From a virus (taxonomy: Duplodnaviria > Heunggongvirae > Uroviricota > Caudoviricetes): a stretch of DNA of 64,000 nt. Below the pieces are notes generated by a model, which saw nothing but the letters and a program-made list of their open reading frames with translations, had not been told where the DNA came from and ran no database searches. The stretch lies in the IMG/VR virus record IMGVR_UViG_3300042691_010651. One strand, 5' to 3'. The position numbers and the translations under genes are program-made. Below, piece by piece: positions 59,410-64,000 of this stretch. How positions within the stretch are numbered: position 1 is the first letter of the stretch; the number at the start of each line of letters is the position of its first letter.

Positions 59410-59412
59410 ATT

Positions 59413-59622
59413 TTATTTAAAATTTTCAAATCCTTTACTAGATACTTGAGTTATTAGAGTATCAAGTTGATCTTTTAGTTCTTTAGTCTTTTGTAGATAT
59501 AAACTTAAATTATCAACTCCAACTGCTTCAACTTGATCTTTATCTATTACAAATCTATCGTATCTATCTGTATTGATATATACAATTGTGTCACTTTCTT
59601 TTAATACAGCTTTTATAAACAT
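59413..59622 (-). CDS. hypothetical small protein (69 aa)
   Basis: ATG start. Confidence 0.4.
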   Translation of the reverse strand: MFIKAVLKESDTIVYINTDRYDRFVIDKDQVEAVGVDNLSLYLQKTKELKDQLDTLITQVSSKGFENFK

Positions 59623-59624
59623 AA

Positions 59625-59858
59625 TTATAATTTATCAATTAATTGATTTATATATACCTTAAAAAAAGATTTATTTGCAAAAACTTCACTAACAAGTCTT
59701 CTCGTACCTTGATATTCTGGAAAATTATTATCAGATAACATATAATATTCTACAGTATTATCTTTTAATATTCTTCTATCTTTAACTTTTCCTTTAGTTG
59801 GTACATTATCAAAATAATATAATATATCTCCTATTTCATGAACTTCTATAACTTGCAT
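59625..59858 (-). CDS. hypothetical small protein (77 aa)
   Basis: ATG start. Confidence 0.4.
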   Translation of the reverse strand: MQVIEVHEIGDILYYFDNVPTKGKVKDRRILKDNTVEYYMLSDNNFPEYQGTRRLVSEVFANKSFFKVYINQLIDKL

Positions 59859-59861
59859 AAC

Positions 59862-60116
59862 TTAAACTTTTGTTAAATATCTTAAAGGAACTTCTCTAAA
59901 ATCTATACCTTCTTTACCTTGAAATATAGCCTTTGTTTCTACAAGTGCTCTTGGTTCTCCATAAGGTTCACCATGATAATCTTCAAAAATAGGATAATAA
60001 GCTATTTTCCAATGTTTACCTCTTTCTCCTTCCATTCTATATAAATCACCAATTTGATGATTTACCCATAATGGATTAGATAAAGCTTCATTTAGTATTT
60101 CTCTAGTTACTACCAT
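59862..60116 (-). CDS. hypothetical protein (84 aa)
   Basis: ATG start. Confidence 0.45.
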   Translation of the reverse strand: MVVTREILNEALSNPLWVNHQIGDLYRMEGERGKHWKIAYYPIFEDYHGEPYGEPRALVETKAIFQGKEGIDFREVPLRYLTKV

Positions 60117-61357
60117 ATTATAGGTTTACGTTTATTCTTTACTAAGAAACTATTAGCTTGAGAAAAATGAGCATTTCCTCCAAATGTATTAGGAAAATTA
60201 GGTTCAGTAGTACCAAATTGATTTGCACTATAAAGATCAGATGCAGGATGTTTTGCTTTTAATACAAGATGAATAAATGAAAACTTACTAAAATCAAATC
60301 CATCAACTTTAGATATTTTATCAAATACCTCTTGAAATAAAGCTTGAGCATCATTACCCCAAAGCATAAATACTTTAGGATTCTCATCTTTGATTAACTC
60401 ATATAGAATTATCTTTACAAATCTTTGCCAACCTAATCCTTCATGAGATTTAGTTTTATATCTTTCTACAGTAAGAATTGTATTAAGAAGTAAAACACCT
60501 TGCTCTGCCCAATCATCTAAACTTTCATCAAAATCTAAATGAAATCCTTTATACATGTCTCTTTCAACTTCTTTAAGAATTACATCTAGAGATTTAGGAG
60601 TTTTCTTTACTGTTACTCCATTTTTTGTTTCAGTTCTAACTTTAAATCCAAAAGCTAACCCATTAGCTGATCCATCGACATATGGATCTTGTCCTAGAAC
60701 TACAACCTTTACTTGCTTAAAATGAGTAAGTTTTAAAGCTCTAAATACATTAGCTTCATCAGGATATACAATAGTTTCTGTTCTTCTATGTCTAATCCAG
60801 TTTCCTATTTTAGACATATATTCAGAGTTAATAGTATCTTTTAGTAATTCATACCAAGTATCTCCAAATAAATTCCTTCTTCTTTGTTCTGTTGGATCAA
60901 TTAATATTCTTCTTTTATCCCAATAGATAATTGGTACATATATCTTCTTTTCTGTTCCAGAAAATTTAAATACTTGACCAAATTCTTCTGCTCTTACTTT
61001 AGGAATAACATAAGAATATTTTAGACTTTCATATATAATTAAATCAACTTGTTCAAATATTGTATAATTAATTGACCAAGCTTGAGTTTTTTGAAAGATA
61101 TTTGCTTCATCTTCGTATTTTTTATAGTAGAGGAGATTTCTCTCCCCTACTAATATAAATCCTAAACAAATATCTTGTCTGGAATCTTTTTTTCTAAAGT
61201 ATATTCTATCTTCTTCTCCTATAGAAAAAACACTTCCATCTTCATCAACAGCACTTTTAAGCTTCTTCAGCCTCTCCTTGTGGCTCTGCTTTAACTTTTT
61301 TAGGTTTGAAGGCTGTTTTGATAAGTCGTACTCCTGAAAGTTTTTTGTCATCTCCAT
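60110..61357 (-). CDS. ung: uracil-DNA glycosylase (family 1) with an N-terminal extension of about 165 aa
   Basis: KVVVLGQDPY, GLAFGF, GVLLLNTILTV, MLWGNDAQ and HPASDLY match the UNG motifs GQDPY, GLAFS, LLLNTVLTV, LWG and HPSP. The UDG domain starts near residue 168 (TWYELLKD). Confidence 0.85.
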   Translation of the reverse strand: MEMTKNFQEYDLSKQPSNLKKLKQSHKERLKKLKSAVDEDGSVFSIGEEDRIYFRKKDSRQDICLGFILVGERNLLYYKKYEDEANIFQKTQAWSINYTIFEQVDLIIYESLKYSYVIPKVRAEEFGQVFKFSGTEKKIYVPIIYWDKRRILIDPTEQRRRNLFGDTWYELLKDTINSEYMSKIGNWIRHRRTETIVYPDEANVFRALKLTHFKQVKVVVLGQDPYVDGSANGLAFGFKVRTETKNGVTVKKTPKSLDVILKEVERDMYKGFHLDFDESLDDWAEQGVLLLNTILTVERYKTKSHEGLGWQRFVKIILYELIKDENPKVFMLWGNDAQALFQEVFDKISKVDGFDFSKFSFIHLVLKAKHPASDLYSANQFGTTEPNFPNTFGGNAHFSQANSFLVKNKRKPIIW

Positions 61358-61571
61358 AAGTTCTTGAAATTCTAATATCTTCTCCTTCTTTTAAGTTAAT
61401 CAATGACCTAATTTTTGCAATTAGACCTAATGATGGAACTTCTGAGTTTAATACTGGAATTGATTTACCTATAGCAATTGTATCAAACAATTGAGCTACT
61501 TCTTTGTAAACTTCTTCATTCTTTCCAACTTTTGCTGGAGCATCTTCTACTACTAAATTTAATTTTCCCAT
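61257..61571 (-). CDS. hypothetical 104-aa protein with GC-shifted codon use and a charged C-terminal tail
   Basis: ATG start. Its last 100 nt overlap the annotated 5' end of ung in another frame. Confidence 0.5.
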   Translation of the reverse strand: MGKLNLVVEDAPAKVGKNEEVYKEVAQLFDTIAIGKSIPVLNSEVPSLGLIAKIRSLINLKEGEDIRISRTYGDDKKLSGVRLIKTAFKPKKVKAEPQGEAEEA

Positions 61572-61581
61572 ATTATTTATT

Positions 61582-61923
61582 TTAATTGTTTACTTGATCC
61601 TTTTTTATTTTAAGAGTAGCTTTTTTATAAAGATTAGAAGTTTTAGTTGAAACTTTATTTACTTCTAAAACATTATAATTAGTTACATTATTTACTTTTG
61701 TAATATCTACTTGAGTAGAAGATAAATCATTAATATTAGTAACTCTATAACTTTGTTGAAACTTATTATCTACTACTTTATCAACAATATAAGTTTTTAG
61801 TAACTCAACTCCTTTAGTAGATGTAACTTGTTGTGCATATCCACTTAGAGATATAAACAACAATAAGTATAGTAACATAAACAACAATATGTATAGTAAC
61901 TTTATGTATAGTAACTTTTTCAT
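61582..61923 (-). CDS. secreted or lipoprotein-like protein with a Leu/Tyr-rich repetitive signal peptide
   Basis: N-terminus MKKLLYIKLLYILLFMLLYLLLFISLSGYAQQ. Confidence 0.5.
   Translation of the reverse strand: MKKLLYIKLLYILLFMLLYLLLFISLSGYAQQVTSTKGVELLKTYIVDKVVDNKFQQSYRVTNINDLSSTQVDITKVNNVTNYNVLEVNKVSTKTSNLYKKATLKIKKDQVNN
61889..61918. repeat. perfect 15-bp tandem duplication (ATGTATAGTAACTTT x2), plus a diverged third copy at 61866-61888
   Basis: Read directly. In-frame inside the signal-peptide codons of 61582..61923 (gives KLLYI-KLLYI). Confidence 0.7.
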
Positions 61924-62204
61924 TTTATTAATTTAAAACGTTTAACTATTTCTCCTTGATTGTTTTTAACTTCATCTTGCCATCTTGTTTCATGTGTTGC
62001 AAAAGGTTGTTGTACTTTAACTTCTCCTTTTTCATCTCTAATAGATTGATATACTCCATTTATATCTACTTGTTGATATATTATGAGATATATATTTTGA
62101 CTATCATGTAGAAATGCAATATTTAATATTTGGTAGTAATTACCTTTGTAATGCTTGTAAATTCCACCTATTTTATATTCTCCAAATGAAGTTTTTCTAA
62201 TCAT
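61920..62204 (-). CDS. hypothetical protein (94 aa)
   Basis: ATG start with ATGA overlap. Confidence 0.45.
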   Translation of the reverse strand: MIRKTSFGEYKIGGIYKHYKGNYYQILNIAFLHDSQNIYLIIYQQVDINGVYQSIRDEKGEVKVQQPFATHETRWQDEVKNNQGEIVKRFKLIK

Positions 62205-62205
62205 A

Positions 62206-62739
62206 TTAATACCAGTAAATACTTAATAATACAGTTGCTAAAATAAATAAAGCTAGTTTCCAAGTTATATACCAAGTTGGAAATAAGTCCATCATAGTCA
62301 TTGAATTTCTATTTATCCATCTTACAATTTTGTCATGAATAGCTTTTTCTCCTATATAAAATGGATAATCATCTCTATAATGATTGTATAATAACTCAAA
62401 GAATACATAAAATACTGTATATGCATAAAAAGCTAGAAGTAAATTATAATAATTACCACTTTGAATTGCTAGTATAGCAGGAAAAAAAGTTAATAATACA
62501 CCTCTAAATGCTAGTCTAGAAAGATGTTTTGTAAATATCTTACTTGAATCATAATATGCTAAATCCATAGCATAGAAAAATGAACTAACTAATATTACTC
62601 CATTTATAACTATATCTCCTAACATTCCATGTATAATACCATAATCTTCATTAGCTCTAGTAGTTAGAGATATACAGGTAGCAGATAAAAAGAAAGTTAT
62701 AAATATTTTAAATTCTGTTGATTTTAAAAATTGTTTCAT
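62206..62739 (-). CDS. polytopic membrane protein (177 aa, at least 4 TM helices)
   Basis: Several 20-residue hydrophobic stretches. Confidence 0.55.
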   Translation of the reverse strand: MKQFLKSTEFKIFITFFLSATCISLTTRANEDYGIIHGMLGDIVINGVILVSSFFYAMDLAYYDSSKIFTKHLSRLAFRGVLLTFFPAILAIQSGNYYNLLLAFYAYTVFYVFFELLYNHYRDDYPFYIGEKAIHDKIVRWINRNSMTMMDLFPTWYITWKLALFILATVLLSIYWY

Positions 62740-62742
62740 AAC

Positions 62743-63123
62743 TTAAAAGTTTGTATCTTTTACTTCTATTACATCTCCTGATGGAGGAAGATCAACACTT
62801 TCTTTTATTTTCATTGTCTCTTTTTCAACTACAATAGCTTGCATAAGAACTAAATAATTAATTAAATCTTTAATTCTTTCAGATATAGGTTCACTTTCTG
62901 ATTGACCATTAGTTTTTACATAATTAGTAATAGCTTGATAATGCTTATTCATAAAAATCCAACAAACTTTAATTGGATCAATATCTATATCTTTACCTCC
63001 TTCTTTAAAATTAGCTAATGCATCATTTGATCCTTTAGTATAATCATTTCCTTTAACTTTTGCAATATTTCTAGCATCGTTAAACATTCGATCCATCAAT
63101 GTATAAAATTCTGAATTTGTCAT
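62743..63123 (-). CDS. all-alpha protein with KGNDY..G motif; possibly a MazG/DUF1599-type nucleotide-associated domain
   Basis: NIAKVKGNDYTKGSNDALANF ... ISERIKDLINYLVLMQAIV. The resemblance is recalled from memory and is tentative. Confidence 0.25.
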   Translation of the reverse strand: MTNSEFYTLMDRMFNDARNIAKVKGNDYTKGSNDALANFKEGGKDIDIDPIKVCWIFMNKHYQAITNYVKTNGQSESEPISERIKDLINYLVLMQAIVVEKETMKIKESVDLPPSGDVIEVKDTNF

Positions 63124-63308
63124 TTCTTTTCGTTTTTAATTTCTTGTAAAATTACTTCTTTATTCTCTATACAGTAATCCATAACATTACCTCTTGATCC
63201 ATTTTCCAGATACCATAATAAGTAACTAGCTGGAACATCTATCATCTTAACTCCTTTGTATTTACCAAATGGCATAAGATCAATATCTTCTAATTTCTTT
63301 TGTGACAT
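63120..63308 (-). CDS. hypothetical small protein (62 aa)
   Basis: ATG start with ATGA overlap. Confidence 0.4.
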   Translation of the reverse strand: MSQKKLEDIDLMPFGKYKGVKMIDVPASYLLWYLENGSRGNVMDYCIENKEVILQEIKNEKK

Positions 63309-63310
63309 AT

Positions 63311-63508
63311 CTATACTTTATAAAGTTTTTCAATACAATAAATACCTTTAGGTAGCTTAATTAATTCTTTTTCAGCTTCTTCAAGGTTTTTTAACTTCTT
63401 GGCATGTTTAATAAAGCAAGTAAATGTAAGAGTTGGATCGCGTTTAACATCTAAATCCATCCAATACAACTCTTTCTCTACATCTCTGATAACAAATCTA
63501 CTTATCAT
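63311..63508 (-). CDS. hypothetical small protein (65 aa)
   Basis: ATG start. Confidence 0.4.
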   Translation of the reverse strand: MISRFVIRDVEKELYWMDLDVKRDPTLTFTCFIKHAKKLKNLEEAEKELIKLPKGIYCIEKLYKV

Positions 63509-64000
63509 CTGGTATAAGATTTATAATACCTTTACCTAAGAAATTTTCCATACTTTGATTCCAAACATTAAAATCAATATGATATTTTAATCTATTAAGT
63601 AAAGAAACTACTTCTTCTCTACCTTTATCTAAATATTGATCAACATTAAATATCTGACATTCAAAGTTTTCAGTAGTTTCTACAGCTATAATTTGACATT
63701 TAACTTCAAAATCTTTTAATTGAATATTTTCAAGTACTGTACCTTCACCTAAAAGATTTAAGTTTAATAAATGATACAATGCTCTTTTATAAAAAGCTAT
63801 TTGTCTGTAATATCTATAATATTCAAAGCTTTCTTTAAATAAAGATAAAGGTTTTGAAGTAGTTTTCAAATCATTTAAGTAAATAATTTTGTTTTCTAAA
63901 TCAACATAAATATTATCTAACTTAGCTTTACATTTAATACCTAAAACTTCAAAATATACATCTAACTCTTTGTATATTAAATTAGATTCAAATAAACCAC
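63498..64000 (-). CDS. hypothetical protein, partial (frame stays open to the window end; the true start is beyond 64000; the track start at 63869 is a TTG)
   Basis: No in-frame stop on the minus strand between 63870 and 64000. Confidence 0.45.
   Translation of the reverse strand, partial: GLFESNLIYKELDVYFEVLGIKCKAKLDNIYVDLENKIIYLNDLKTTSKPLSLFKESFEYYRYYRQIAFYKRALYHLLNLNLLGEGTVLENIQLKDFEVKCQIIAVETTENFECQIFNVDQYLDKGREEVVSLLNRLKYHIDFNVWNQSMENFLGKGIINLIPDDK

Noticed and set aside
1-64000. CRISPR array, integrase, transposase or other mobile-element boundaries
   Set aside because: No regularly spaced direct repeats were found. No recombinase, integrase or transposase motifs, and no att-like flanking repeats, were recognised. 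The window reads as a contiguous lytic-phage genome segment.

Overview
This 64-kb window is AT-rich (roughly 30% GC) and densely coding, and it reads as part of a large tailed-phage genome with a crAss-like podovirus layout. Apparent host is a Bacteroidetes/Flavobacteria-type organism: no Shine-Dalgarno signals are visible, and TAnnTTTG-like -7 boxes and A-rich leaders precede start codons.

Strand layout is three blocks:
- minus-strand small genes from 1 to 3415;
- a long plus-strand block from 3655 to 58471;
- a minus-strand block from 58443 to the window end.

The plus block runs in this order:
- about 25 small early genes, including zinc-ribbon proteins, an SPFH/band-7 protein, a J-domain protein and a His-rich phosphoesterase-like protein, ending at a strong terminator at 10350-10376;
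- a packaging and head module: acidic putative TerS, TerL, a 793-aa portal, an Ala/Glu-rich scaffold, and a 498-aa codon-optimised major-capsid candidate bounded by a terminator;
- a run of virion proteins that includes three very large consecutive genes of 592, 1304 and 3423 aa;
- three paralogous tail-fibre genes;
- a candidate lysis cassette.

The 3423-aa protein carries a clear multisubunit-RNAP β′ double-psi-beta-barrel signature, FRIPNQGH followed about 33 residues later by SDFDVD. It is therefore best read as a giant virion-packaged, ejected RNA polymerase of the crAss-like or YonO type, with about 1200 aa of extra C-terminal sequence. I rank this as the most interesting system in the window.

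The terminal minus block carries nucleotide-metabolism genes: a family-1 uracil-DNA glycosylase with an unusual 165-aa N-terminal extension, a MazG-like NTP pyrophosphohydrolase and a possible second all-alpha nucleotide-associated protein.

Non-coding signals worth attention:
- a 17-nt exact repeat (TACTAGCGATCTTTTTA) at two transcription-unit boundaries;
- an iteron-like array of four TTGGTAG sites in a 550-bp gene-free stretch;
- twin A7T7 palindromic elements at the strand-switch region;
- two operator-like perfect palindromes upstream of one early gene;
- three strong rho-independent terminators;
- a GC-shifted, internally duplicated mosaic segment inside the largest fibre gene.

I found no integrase, transposase, CRISPR array, tRNA or reverse transcriptase. 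Coordinates of elements I located by hand may be off by 1-2 nt.
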